From NCBI GenBank assembly GCA_965363765.1, contig CBDTUI010000001.1, forward strand, positions 26,403 through 90,402: a DNA stretch of 64,000 nt. Reading direction: 5' to 3'. Below the pieces are notes generated by a model. That model did not search any database and was not told the origin of the DNA. It saw nothing but the letters and a program-made list of their open reading frames with translations. The DNA comes from an uncultured Acidimicrobiia bacterium (GTDB taxonomy: Bacteria > Actinomycetota > Acidimicrobiia > Spongiisociales > JAENVV01). The translations under genes were made by a program, and so were the position numbers. This document shows, one piece after another, positions 56,014 through 64,000 of this stretch (position 1 is its first letter; each line of letters starts with the position of its first letter).

Positions 56014-58203
56014 ATGTCTCAGACGTTCGACTTTGCGGGAACCGACGTGATTTTCGTCGAGGGCGATTCGGTACTCACCGCCCTGGTGCGGGGCGGGATT
56101 TACCCGGCCGGTGGGGGAACCCTCTGCTGCGAAGGTGATTGCCCGTACTGCATTGCCACCGTCGACGGCGTCTCGTACGTTCGGACCTGCCAGACAGCTG
56201 CCCGCGAGGACCTGGTCGTCGAACCTCACCCGGCCGACCAGGATCCGCCTCTGCCAGCCGACCAAGGGTATCGGTCCGCGCCCATCGAATACCGCCATGC
56301 TGACCTTGTGGTCGTTGGTCAGGGCGAAAGTGGCCGGATGGCCGTCTACGAGGCTTCGGCCGCCGGGCGAACAGTTGATGCCTTTGACGCCAGTAGCGGC
56401 GAAGAGGTCATCGGGATCTATGACGGTCCGATGGTGATCGTTCGGACACCCGAACGGATGATCCACGTCGAATGTGACGAGATCGTCGTGGCGACCGGTG
56501 CGGCGCAAATCCAGCCAGCCTGCCCGGGGAGCGAACTGATCGGCATTATCACCGGACCTGCGGCGCAGGTACTGGCCACCCAGGGTGTCGAGCTGGGCGT
56601 TGTCGCCGTCGTCGGCCCGCCACCAACAGACCTCGAATGCGTCGTCGCTGTGGGAGAGCTGGTCCGGTTTGAAGGCTCTGACGGTCGACTCAACGCAGTC
56701 GTAACTGTGACCGACGATGGGGAGCGCCGGACCGAATGCGACACCGCAGTTGTCAGCCTGGGGATCTATCCACGTGACGGTCTAGCCCGAATAGGAAACG
56801 GCCTCGCCGTAACCGTCGTCGGCGACGCTGCGTTGCCAGCCACGATTCCTCCCTGTCCATCCGAAGGTGTGATCTGCCCCTGCAACAACGTCGACGTCGA
56901 CGACCTACAAAGCGTATGGGATCGTGGCTTCCACGAGATGGAACTCGTCAAGCGGGCCACCCTTGCCGGAACGGGAACCTGCCAGGGGATGGTCTGCTTG
57001 CCGTACTTGCGGAGTTTCCTCGCTGACCGGGGAGGTGAACTGCAACCGGCGTTCACCGCCCGTCCGGTCGCCCGTCAGTTGACCATCGGGGAAATGTCCG
57101 CCGGCGAACACGACCGGCCCGTACCGCGCACTCCGCTCCACGGAGAACATGTCGCCCTCGGTGCCCGCATGGACCGAATTGGCGGCTGGTGGCGACCGTG
57201 GACATACGGCGATCTGGCAGCAGAATATGACGCGGTCCGGCACAGAGTTTCGATCGGCGATGTCTCGACTCTTGGCAAGATGATCGTGTCGGGTCCCGAC
57301 GCCGAAGCCTTTCTTGAATACATCTATCCCACCAACGTGTCCACCATCAAACCCGGCCGCTCCCGATACGTTCTCATGCTCAACGAGCGGGGATACGTGT
57401 TCGACGACGGCCTAGTCAGCCGGGAACTAGACGGTCCGTTCTCGTTGACGTTCACATCGGGAGGCGCCAGCCACGCCGAAATGTGGATGCGCGATTGGGG
57501 TTCGAGCTACGACGTACGGATGTTGAACCAGACGATGTCCCTTGCCGCCATCAACGTCACAGGCCCGCTGGCGAGCGAGTTGCTCACCAAAGCAGGAGTC
57601 ACCAACCCGCCGCCGTACATGGGCCATGCCGAACTTGAAGTGGCCGGGATCGCATGCAAGGTTTACCGACTGAGCTTCACGGGTGAACTATCTTTCGAGC
57701 TACACCATCCGGTCGACCGATCGGTGGAGCTCTGGCGTGCGTTGCTCGAACTCGGGGCCGAGTACGACATCTACCCGCACGGCCTTGAAGCCCTCCAGCT
57801 GCTGAGGTTGGAGAAGGGTCACATCCTCGTCGGTGTCGACACTGACTTCGATTCGACACCTCGCCGTATCCAGCATGAGTGGGCCTGCCGACTCGATAAA
57901 CCCGACTTCCTTGGCAAAACCGCCGTAGTCCGCACCAACGAGATTTCGCTCGATCGTCTGCTCGTCGGGTTCACCACCGAGCGAGCAACCGTCGACGGTG
58001 CTCTGCTTTACAGCAAGGGTGAGTACTGCGGATATGTCACCTCGGCTGGGTGGTCGCCAATCATTGGGCAAGGAATCGCCATGGCCTGGCTCTATGTCGG
58101 GTCGGATGGCGAGTTGCCTGACGAGGTTGAGATCGACGGCATGCCAGCGGTCCGTGTTTCGTTGCCGTTCTATGATCCGCAAGGCGGCCGAGCTCGTGCT
58201 TGA
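56014..58203 (+). CDS. soxA: Sarcosine oxidase alpha subunit family protein (2Fe-2S Fer2_4 N-terminus, FAD/NAD-binding domain, GcvT-like folate-binding C-terminus). Shorter than canonical SoxA.
   Basis: N-terminal CCEGDCPYC iron-sulfur-type motif. Dinucleotide-binding VVVGQGESG. C-terminal aminomethyltransferase-like domain (HVALGARMDRIGGWWRP...GKMIVSGPDA). The start is set to ATG 56014. Confidence 0.75.
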   Translation: MSQTFDFAGTDVIFVEGDSVLTALVRGGIYPAGGGTLCCEGDCPYCIATVDGVSYVRTCQTAAREDLVVEPHPADQDPPLPADQGYRSAPIEYRHADLVVVGQGESGRMAVYEASAAGRTVDAFDASSGEEVIGIYDGPMVIVRTPERMIHVECDEIVVATGAAQIQPACPGSELIGIITGPAAQVLATQGVELGVVAVVGPPPTDLECVVAVGELVRFEGSDGRLNAVVTVTDDGERRTECDTAVVSLGIYPRDGLARIGNGLAVTVVGDAALPATIPPCPSEGVICPCNNVDVDDLQSVWDRGFHEMELVKRATLAGTGTCQGMVCLPYLRSFLADRGGELQPAFTARPVARQLTIGEMSAGEHDRPVPRTPLHGEHVALGARMDRIGGWWRPWTYGDLAAEYDAVRHRVSIGDVSTLGKMIVSGPDAEAFLEYIYPTNVSTIKPGRSRYVLMLNERGYVFDDGLVSRELDGPFSLTFTSGGASHAEMWMRDWGSSYDVRMLNQTMSLAAINVTGPLASELLTKAGVTNPPPYMGHAELEVAGIACKVYRLSFTGELSFELHHPVDRSVELWRALLELGAEYDIYPHGLEALQLLRLEKGHILVGVDTDFDSTPRRIQHEWACRLDKPDFLGKTAVVRTNEISLDRLLVGFTTERATVDGALLYSKGEYCGYVTSAGWSPIIGQGIAMAWLYVGSDGELPDEVEIDGMPAVRVSLPFYDPQGGRARA

Positions 58204-58582
58204 AGTCCTGGCGGTAACCCGAATCGTGGCCGCGGTCGGGGCTCTTGATGGGGCGGCCTACCCGCCTGACGCAGTCATCATGCGAACCGCGCCGGACGAT
58301 GCCATGGTGATTGGAGGCGGAGCGGTAGAAGTCGAGGATCCGCACGCCATCATTCAGCAGGACAGCGGCTGGACGGGTGTTTGGGTCAACGCCGAACCAG
58401 CCGATGCATTCTTACGCACCAGCTGCGCATGGGCAGTTCCTGACCGGCCCAGCTTCGCCCAAGGGATGATCGCCGGACTGGCTATCAAACTGTGGCAGGC
58501 CAAAGATCGGACGCTGTTCGTATTTCCTACCGCACTCACCGCAGATTTTGTCGAGCGGACTCCGCCGGAGTGGTCGGCATGA
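58196..58582 (+). CDS. soxG: Putative sarcosine oxidase gamma subunit (short). The start is uncertain.
   Basis: Small ORF between soxA and soxB in the alternate frame, with a coding-like sequence (AYPPDAVIMRTAPDDAMVIGGG...). A GTG at 58196 overlaps the soxA stop. Confidence 0.45.
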   Translation: MLEVLAVTRIVAAVGALDGAAYPPDAVIMRTAPDDAMVIGGGAVEVEDPHAIIQQDSGWTGVWVNAEPADAFLRTSCAWAVPDRPSFAQGMIAGLAIKLWQAKDRTLFVFPTALTADFVERTPPEWSA

Positions 58583-59790
58583 ACGAGTTCCTCGAACAGA
58601 AAGTCCGGCTCACATGGGGTGAACAAAAACCCAACTACGACGTTGTGATTATTGGGGGAGGTGGGCATGGGCTCTCGACTGCCTATCACCTGGCGACACG
58701 GCATGGCATCACCAACGTGGCCGTTCTGGAACGTAGCTACATCGGCGGCGGCAATAGCGGCCGGAACACGACAGTTATTCGCTCAAACTACGGAGTCCCC
58801 GAATCGGTTCGGTTCTATCAGAGGTCCGTCGAGTTGTACCAGCGACTCGAAGAGGAAACCGATCGCTGGATCATGCACAAACAAAAAGGCATTCTGTGGA
58901 CCGTTCACACGGAAGCCGGACTGAGGCAAGAGCGGGCGCGTTCCATCATCAATCGAGCAAACGGGGTCGAGACCGAGTTTCTGACTCCCAAAGAAGTCGC
59001 CCAAATCGCTCCTGAGATCGACCTAAATGTCGGTGGAGGAAAGTACCCCGTTCTGGGCGCTTCGTATCAACCGGCCGCTTCGACTGCCCGACACGATCGC
59101 GTCAACTGGGCACTTGCCGAGGGAGCGATGCGGCATGGTGTCGATGTACTTCAGCGAACCGAAGTCATCGATCTCATCATGGACGGGGATCGGGTAACCG
59201 GGGTTCGGACCAATCACGGCGATATTTCTGCGGATGTAGTGGTGTCGGCCGTCGGCGGCCACGTCACCCGCATTACCGACATGGCAGGACTGCGGATCCC
59301 GATCCGTACCCACCCTCTCCAGGCGTTCGTGACCAACCATTACGAGCGTACGTTCAATCCAATCGCCTCTTCGCTCGACCTGGGCTTCTACGTGAGCCAG
59401 ACGGCCAGAGGCGAGATGCTGGCTGGTGCCCACATTGACCAGCAGCCCAGCTACTCCTATCGATCCGGCCATCATTTTCTTTCGTCAATCGCCCACAACA
59501 TCCAGCGCTTTCTCCCCTTCATGCGCGACCTGCGCATCCTTAGACAGTGGACCGGAATCTGCGACATGTCGCCCGACTACACGCCAATCATGGGCAAAAC
59601 TCCTGTCGACGGGCTGCTTATCACGACGGGTTGGGGAACGTGGGGCTTCAAAGCGATCCCAGCCGGCGGTGAAGCGATGGCTGAGTTGATCGCAACTGGC
59701 AAGACGCCAGCGCTGATCGCTCCGTTTTCGCTGGATCGGTTCCGCAACGACCGGACGCTGGCCGACCGTAGTTCGGCTGGGACCCACTGA
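58579..59790 (+). CDS. soxB: Sarcosine oxidase beta subunit (FAD-dependent oxidoreductase, DAO family)
   Basis: YDVVIIGGGGHGLSTAYHLA dinucleotide-binding motif. 403 aa from ATG 58579, coupled to the upstream stop. Confidence 0.85.
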   Translation: MNEFLEQKVRLTWGEQKPNYDVVIIGGGGHGLSTAYHLATRHGITNVAVLERSYIGGGNSGRNTTVIRSNYGVPESVRFYQRSVELYQRLEEETDRWIMHKQKGILWTVHTEAGLRQERARSIINRANGVETEFLTPKEVAQIAPEIDLNVGGGKYPVLGASYQPAASTARHDRVNWALAEGAMRHGVDVLQRTEVIDLIMDGDRVTGVRTNHGDISADVVVSAVGGHVTRITDMAGLRIPIRTHPLQAFVTNHYERTFNPIASSLDLGFYVSQTARGEMLAGAHIDQQPSYSYRSGHHFLSSIAHNIQRFLPFMRDLRILRQWTGICDMSPDYTPIMGKTPVDGLLITTGWGTWGFKAIPAGGEAMAELIATGKTPALIAPFSLDRFRNDRTLADRSSAGTH

Positions 59791-60026
59791 TGAGTATCCG
59801 GATCATCTGCGACCATTGTGGGACCCGACCCCTTGAGGAGTACGTCTACGGCGAAATTTTCGACGTACCGGCTTCGATAGCTGATCCGCTAGAACGGAAC
59901 CTGGACCGAGCCTTCAACCACACCAACATCGAAGGCCCGGTGATCGAAGCGTGGTTCCATCTCTATGGTTGCCGGCGATGGATTACGGTCAATCGAGACA
60001 CAGCTACCGATAGGGTTATCGAATGA
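59790..60026 (+). CDS. soxD: Sarcosine oxidase delta subunit
   Basis: 78 aa. MSIRIICDHCGTRPLEEYVYGE Cys-containing N-terminus typical of SoxD. The ATG overlaps the soxB stop. Confidence 0.75.
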   Translation: MSIRIICDHCGTRPLEEYVYGEIFDVPASIADPLERNLDRAFNHTNIEGPVIEAWFHLYGCRRWITVNRDTATDRVIE

Positions 60027-60036
60027 CCTACCCGAA

Positions 60037-60678
60037 ATGTTGGACATGCCGGTAGAAGCCGAACCTATCATTCGACTCATGACCCGACTGGTAGGCACGG
60101 GTCCCGCGCTAGGGACGACCGCTACTCCGATTACAACCAAACGCCTCAGGATTGATCTGCCAACCGAGGCAGCCGCTCACTCGCTCTTTGCAATGACGTA
60201 CGGTCCCGGTGGCCAGTCAGTGACGTCCAAGCTACTGTGGAACGGCCCCATCGACCTGAACGAAATGGCTGCTTGGTGCCAGAAGTACGGGTCAAATGAG
60301 TTCAATGATGGTGGCCACCACTGGGTCATTTCCCAACGCGATGACTTCAGCCGGAGTAGACCCGTGGTGATGGGGGCGATTGGATTGACACCAGGGGATC
60401 AAGCTGGCCTCGCCAGCCTCGGGTACTGGTCGGGTGAGGCGTTCTGGAATCAGGGCTTCATGACCGAAGCGGTTGGTGCCGTCGTTAGCCATGGTTTCGA
60501 CGTTCTCAACGTGGCCCGAATTGAGGCGTGCACCTTCCTGACTAATCCGGCCAGCGCAGCCGTATTGAAAAAGGCTGGGTTTGGGTCGGAGGGCGTTCGG
60601 CGCGAATCGGCATACAAATACGGCGAATGGATTGACCAAACTGTCTGGGCGGCGTTGCGGACCGATCAGGAAAACTGA
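60037..60678 (+). CDS. GNAT family N-acetyltransferase (RimJ/RimL-like). The start is uncertain.
   Basis: TKRLRIDLPTEAAAHSLF N-terminal region. Acetyl-CoA motif region (QGFMTEAVGAVVSHGFDVLNVARIEA). Alternative starts are 60046 and 60079. Confidence 0.7.
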   Translation: MLDMPVEAEPIIRLMTRLVGTGPALGTTATPITTKRLRIDLPTEAAAHSLFAMTYGPGGQSVTSKLLWNGPIDLNEMAAWCQKYGSNEFNDGGHHWVISQRDDFSRSRPVVMGAIGLTPGDQAGLASLGYWSGEAFWNQGFMTEAVGAVVSHGFDVLNVARIEACTFLTNPASAAVLKKAGFGSEGVRRESAYKYGEWIDQTVWAALRTDQEN

Positions 60679-60705
60679 TCTCTGCTCGGCATGACAAGTC
60701 CGGCG

Positions 60706-62160
60706 TTACCAGTTCAGAGCGATGTACTTGGTTTCGAGGAACTCGTGGATACCCTCGAAACCGCCTTCTCGTCCTACGCCTGACTGCTTGAAACCTCCGA
60801 ACGGTGCGGCGGGATCGGAAACGAGTCCCCGATTGAGCCCTACCATTCCGCTTTCCATCGCTTCGCTCGCTCGGAGGCCGCGACTCAGATCGCCCGTGTA
60901 GATGTAGGAGATGAGGCCGTACTCGGTGTCATTGGCCATCGTGATCGCCTCGGCTTCGCTGCCAAACGTAACGATTGGTGCGACTGGACCAAAAATCTCA
61001 GTCTTGAGAATGTCAGAGCCGGGTGCGACATTGTTGAGCACTGTCGGAGCGTAAAAGAAGCCCTTCTGGTCGGGGATCGTGCCGCCGGTTACCACCCGGG
61101 CGCCACCATCGGTCGCCATTTCGACCAAGGCGGCGATCTCGTCGCGGCTCTTGCGGTTCACCATCGGACCTACCTGCGTGGAACGATCGATGCCCGGACC
61201 CATCTTCAACGAAGACATGGCCTTGCTGAGTTTGTCGGTGAATTCCTGCGCGACCGCTTCATGGACCATGATGCGATTGGCAGCCGTGCAAGCCTCGCCG
61301 GCGTTACGCATTTTGGCGACCATGGCCCCGTCAATGGCGTCGTCGATGTCGGCATCTTCAAACACGATGAATGGGGCGTTGCCGCCCAACTCCATCGACG
61401 TCTTCAAGACCTGGTTGGCGGCTTTGGCGAGCAGCATTCGCCCGACGCCCGTTGATCCGGTGAAGGAAAGCTTGCGCACGCGGGGATCGGATAGCAGCGT
61501 ATCAACCGCGTCGGATGACCCACGAGCGCTCATGATATTGACAACTCCGGCTGGCAGTCCGGCCTTTTGCATGAGGTGCACGATGGCGAGCGTGGTCAGG
61601 GGAGTGTCGGAGGCTGGTTTAAGGATGGTCGTGCAACCGGCTGCCAAAGCGGGGCCGAGCTTGCGAGTGGCCATCGCAGCCGGGAAGTTCCAGGGCGTGA
61701 TGAGGACGCTGATACCGACCGGCTGGGACATCGTCATGATGCGCTTGTCACCGCCGGGAGCGGTACGTACTTCGCCGCCGACTCGCACAGCTTCTTCGGA
61801 GAACCATCGGAAGAACTCAGCGGCATAACGAGTTTCGCCGAGAGCGTCCGGGAATGCCTTGCCGTTCTCGAGCACGATCAGTTCTGAGATGGTTTCCTCG
61901 TGCTCGATCATCAACTCAAAGGTTCGACGCAGAATCTCACCACGCTGGCGGGGAGCGGTCGCCGCCCATGAGGCGGCCGCATCTGCTGCCGCATCGAGAG
62001 CTTGATTCGCCTCGACTGAACTGGCGGCCCCGACTGCGGCGAGAAGCTCCTCAGTGGCGGGGTCGATGACATCGATCGAACTCGACCCGGCCTGCCATTC
62101 TCCACCAATGAACAAGCCAGTTTTTCCCTCGTCAATAAGCGTGTTGAGCATGGTCGTCAT
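60706..62160 (-). CDS. gabD: NAD(P)+-dependent aldehyde dehydrogenase (succinate-semialdehyde dehydrogenase GabD-like)
   Basis: ALDH family. Catalytic Cys region (GEACTAANRIMV). Glu motif (ELGGNAP). 484 aa. Confidence 0.85.
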   Translation of the reverse strand: MTTMLNTLIDEGKTGLFIGGEWQAGSSSIDVIDPATEELLAAVGAASSVEANQALDAAADAAASWAATAPRQRGEILRRTFELMIEHEETISELIVLENGKAFPDALGETRYAAEFFRWFSEEAVRVGGEVRTAPGGDKRIMTMSQPVGISVLITPWNFPAAMATRKLGPALAAGCTTILKPASDTPLTTLAIVHLMQKAGLPAGVVNIMSARGSSDAVDTLLSDPRVRKLSFTGSTGVGRMLLAKAANQVLKTSMELGGNAPFIVFEDADIDDAIDGAMVAKMRNAGEACTAANRIMVHEAVAQEFTDKLSKAMSSLKMGPGIDRSTQVGPMVNRKSRDEIAALVEMATDGGARVVTGGTIPDQKGFFYAPTVLNNVAPGSDILKTEIFGPVAPIVTFGSEAEAITMANDTEYGLISYIYTGDLSRGLRASEAMESGMVGLNRGLVSDPAAPFGGFKQSGVGREGGFEGIHEFLETKYIALNW

Positions 62161-62243
62161 GATGCCTCCGAATGGTCTCGTGCAAGCCTAGACCTTGCGG
62201 TACGGACGCAAATGCGGTTTTTTCGACCGTGCGGTGGGGGGCG

Positions 62244-62954
62244 TCAATCGCCTGGCACTTCGATCATTACTTCGCCCAACGGTTTGCGTTCGAGTACCGG
62301 GACCTGGGCGTCAGGTGTGGGATAACCAACCGGGAACAGCACGAACGGGCGCTCATTGTCCGGTCGGCCGAGCAGTTTGGTAAGAAACGCCATCGGTGAC
62401 GGCGTGTGGGGGAGGGTGGCGAGGCCCATGTTGTGTAGCGCAGCAATAAACAACCCGCAGGCCATCCCGACGCTTTCCTTCACGTAATAGTGGTGCTGCT
62501 TGGTCCCTTCCGGAGTGGCGCCATACCGCTCTTCGAAGACGACGACGATCCAGGGGGCGGTTTCCAGGTAGCCCTTGCGCCAATGAGTGCCGAGGTGGGC
62601 GAGAGCTCCCTGCCACTCATCATTCATCCGGCCGTCGTAGTTGAGGCGCTCTTCCTCCTCTGCCGCATGTCGGATTTGTTGCTTGGTTTCGGTGTCACCG
62701 ATCACAACGAACTTCCACGGCTGCATATGGGCACCGGACGGGGCCGTTGCGGCAGTCCGGATGGCCAGGTCCAAGAGTTGGCGGGGAACTGGCTCGTCTG
62801 AGAAGGTTCGCACCGATCGCCGCTGTTCCATCAGTTCAAGGAAGGCTTCGCCGCGAGCTGCCTGCTCTTGCTGGTCGTATTGCGTGATCCGATGCTCTAC
62901 GAACGGGTACTTTGCGGCATCCTCGGGTCGGGGGTAGACATACGGATCGGTCAC
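62244..62954 (-). CDS. Nitroreductase family protein (FMN-dependent)
   Basis: RRSVRTFSDEPVP...APSGAHMQPWKFVVI nitroreductase signature. Confidence 0.8.
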   Translation of the reverse strand: MTDPYVYPRPEDAAKYPFVEHRITQYDQQEQAARGEAFLELMEQRRSVRTFSDEPVPRQLLDLAIRTAATAPSGAHMQPWKFVVIGDTETKQQIRHAAEEEERLNYDGRMNDEWQGALAHLGTHWRKGYLETAPWIVVVFEERYGATPEGTKQHHYYVKESVGMACGLFIAALHNMGLATLPHTPSPMAFLTKLLGRPDNERPFVLFPVGYPTPDAQVPVLERKPLGEVMIEVPGD

Positions 62955-63169
62955 GACTTCAGCTCAGCCGAACGACCTCTCGCTGTCAAGGGCCGAACGT
63001 CATCGGGGTTCGTTGCGGTGGGTGTGCCCGAGCCCTCTTTGAGGCTCATTGTCCGTACAAGCGCCTCTGTTTGGGAAATGTTTTCCCGATACAACCAACT
63101 ACGCCGACTACGAGATGTACTATGGGTACCTAATCGAGTCCGGAACTCCCCACTCCCTCCGGACTCGAA

Positions 63170-63206
63170 AAGCGGAACCCCGGCTTGCCGGGGTTCCGCT
63201 TATTTC
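63170..63206. terminator. GC-rich hairpin, a candidate terminator downstream of the Gmad2-like gene
   Basis: 14-bp stem AAGCGGAACCCCGG/CCGGGGTTCCGCTT with loop CTTG, followed by ATTTCTGGGTT on the plus strand. The strand assignment is ambiguous. Confidence 0.55.
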
Positions 63207-63230
63207 TGGGTTGCTTTGGGTCTTTTCGGA

Positions 63231-63989
63231 CTACGGCAAGTACTGCTCCACGATCGAAGTGATCGTGTCTCCGTCCACGGTGTACCAGACCCACCGGCCC
63301 GCCGAATACCAGTCGCTTGGGTTGGAGCCGTTGTAGACCGCCGCATATTCGGAAGGTGTCACCTCGGTGAGGTTGACGTACCCGCGGTCCTCAAGGAACC
63401 CGCTGGTTCCGTCGGTTGGGATCAAGCAAACAGGAGCATCGGCCGCCACAACCTGGGCGATGCCCGACGAGCTGATTCCCTGGATATAGAACCCTGCTGG
63501 TGCTTCCTCGCCGCTGGCGGCGGCCGTATCCATCGCAGGCTGGCCGGTCAGGAATCGAGCCTCGTCGATCGTGACTTCCACCCCGCCGGTCAGATCCTGC
63601 ACCAACGCTACTTCGCCGAATCGCAGCTCTCCTGCGCCGATCGCCACGATCCCGGGGATGATCGGGCAACCGTTTTCGAGTGTCGACGTCCACGGCTGAA
63701 GCGTCAGCTGGTGGGTTCGTTGGTTGATGATGCTTCCGTCCTCGGCTGAGTATTCCCACACGGTGAGAGTCGCCTCTGTGTCCGTTTCGACGAAGTAGGG
63801 GATAGCGGTATCGAAGGCGCCCCACCCTGTGCCATTCGAGGTCTGAATCGTTCCCTCCCACAGAACTGCGCCATTGGCTTCGAGCCGACCTTGGAAGACT
63901 GCTTCGAATACTGCGGCCGTCCCTCGAAGATAGACCGGACCGGTGACCGTTTCACCGTAGGCGGGCTGTTCCACAAGGATGTTCGGCAC
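63231..63989 (-). CDS. Gmad2/GerMN-like immunoglobulin-fold domain protein (secreted). The N-terminus may extend past the window end.
   Basis: A C-terminal region (VYLRGTAAVFEAVFQGRLEANGAVLWEGTIQTSNGTGWGAFDTAIPY) resembles the Gmad2 Ig-like domain. Confidence 0.45.
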   Translation of the reverse strand: MPNILVEQPAYGETVTGPVYLRGTAAVFEAVFQGRLEANGAVLWEGTIQTSNGTGWGAFDTAIPYFVETDTEATLTVWEYSAEDGSIINQRTHQLTLQPWTSTLENGCPIIPGIVAIGAGELRFGEVALVQDLTGGVEVTIDEARFLTGQPAMDTAAASGEEAPAGFYIQGISSSGIAQVVAADAPVCLIPTDGTSGFLEDRGYVNLTEVTPSEYAAVYNGSNPSDWYSAGRWVWYTVDGDTITSIVEQYLP

Positions 63990-64000
63990 GAAGTCGGCGA

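Noticed and set aside
61079-61828. ORF 61079..61828 plus strand (249 aa)
   Set aside because: Antisense to the aldehyde dehydrogenase gene.
62868-63749. ORF 62868..63749 plus strand (293 aa)
   Set aside because: Antisense to the nitroreductase gene and the Gmad2-like gene. No family signal.
1-64000. Search for tRNA, rRNA, IS/transposase, integrase, phage or toxin-antitoxin genes
   Set aside because: No T-loop GGTTCGA(A/G)TCC-type signatures with cloverleaf context were found. No rRNA-like conserved stretches. No ORF with DDE-transposase, tyrosine-recombinase or phage structural motifs. The low-GC insertion at 29.9-31.7 kb has no flanking mobility genes in this window.

Overview
This is a high-GC (~65%) actinobacterial-type chromosomal segment. 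It is densely packed with housekeeping and accessory genes. I found no rRNA or tRNA genes, no CRISPR array, and no transposase, integrase or phage genes.

Annotated content, in order along the window:
- A 5'-truncated M1 metallopeptidase.
- An arginine-biosynthesis operon argC-argJ-argB-argR-argG-argH. It carries a promoter and ARG-box-like palindromes but no argD or argF.
- An AEC transporter, a PPOX-family enzyme, a YcaQ/AlkZ-like winged-helix protein, a DhaA-type haloalkane dehalogenase, MgtC and Xaa-Pro aminopeptidase.
- A minus-strand cluster: histidine kinase > RNase HI (with an N-terminal zinc ribbon) > UppS > GNAT.
- pyrE with a coupled upstream mini-ORF, then endonuclease IV.
- A TetR-family regulator preceded by a small membrane protein, then DUF480, DUF192 and panB.
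- A DUF4397 surface protein, a class F sortase, a (CT)14 microsatellite and a VWA lipoprotein.
- Divergent pncB/pncA whose start codons overlap.
- A lower-GC insertion encoding a sulfatase/LTA-synthase-like membrane protein.
- kbl-tdh, then rpsF-ssb-rpsR-rplI-dnaB.
- Cytochrome c, DoxX, EamA, Lon, Lrp-hppD, rlmH, an MFS transporter and two fused ABC exporters.
- ROK and APH-like kinases.
- A stand-alone gene for a 22-residue tandem-repeat protein.
- argS and an ECF sigma/anti-sigma pair.
- A heterotetrameric-type sarcosine oxidase operon in the order soxA-soxG-soxB-soxD.
- A GNAT, a gabD-like aldehyde dehydrogenase, a nitroreductase and a Gmad2-like secreted protein.

The most unusual signals are listed in the findings. 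The leading ones are a dispersed palindromic ~60-65 bp repeat family, the repeat protein, the sortase/microsatellite/VWA locus, and the low-GC insertion.

The ORF track treats GTG and TTG as starts. Several track ORFs that begin inside repeats or in antisense of real genes are rejected below.
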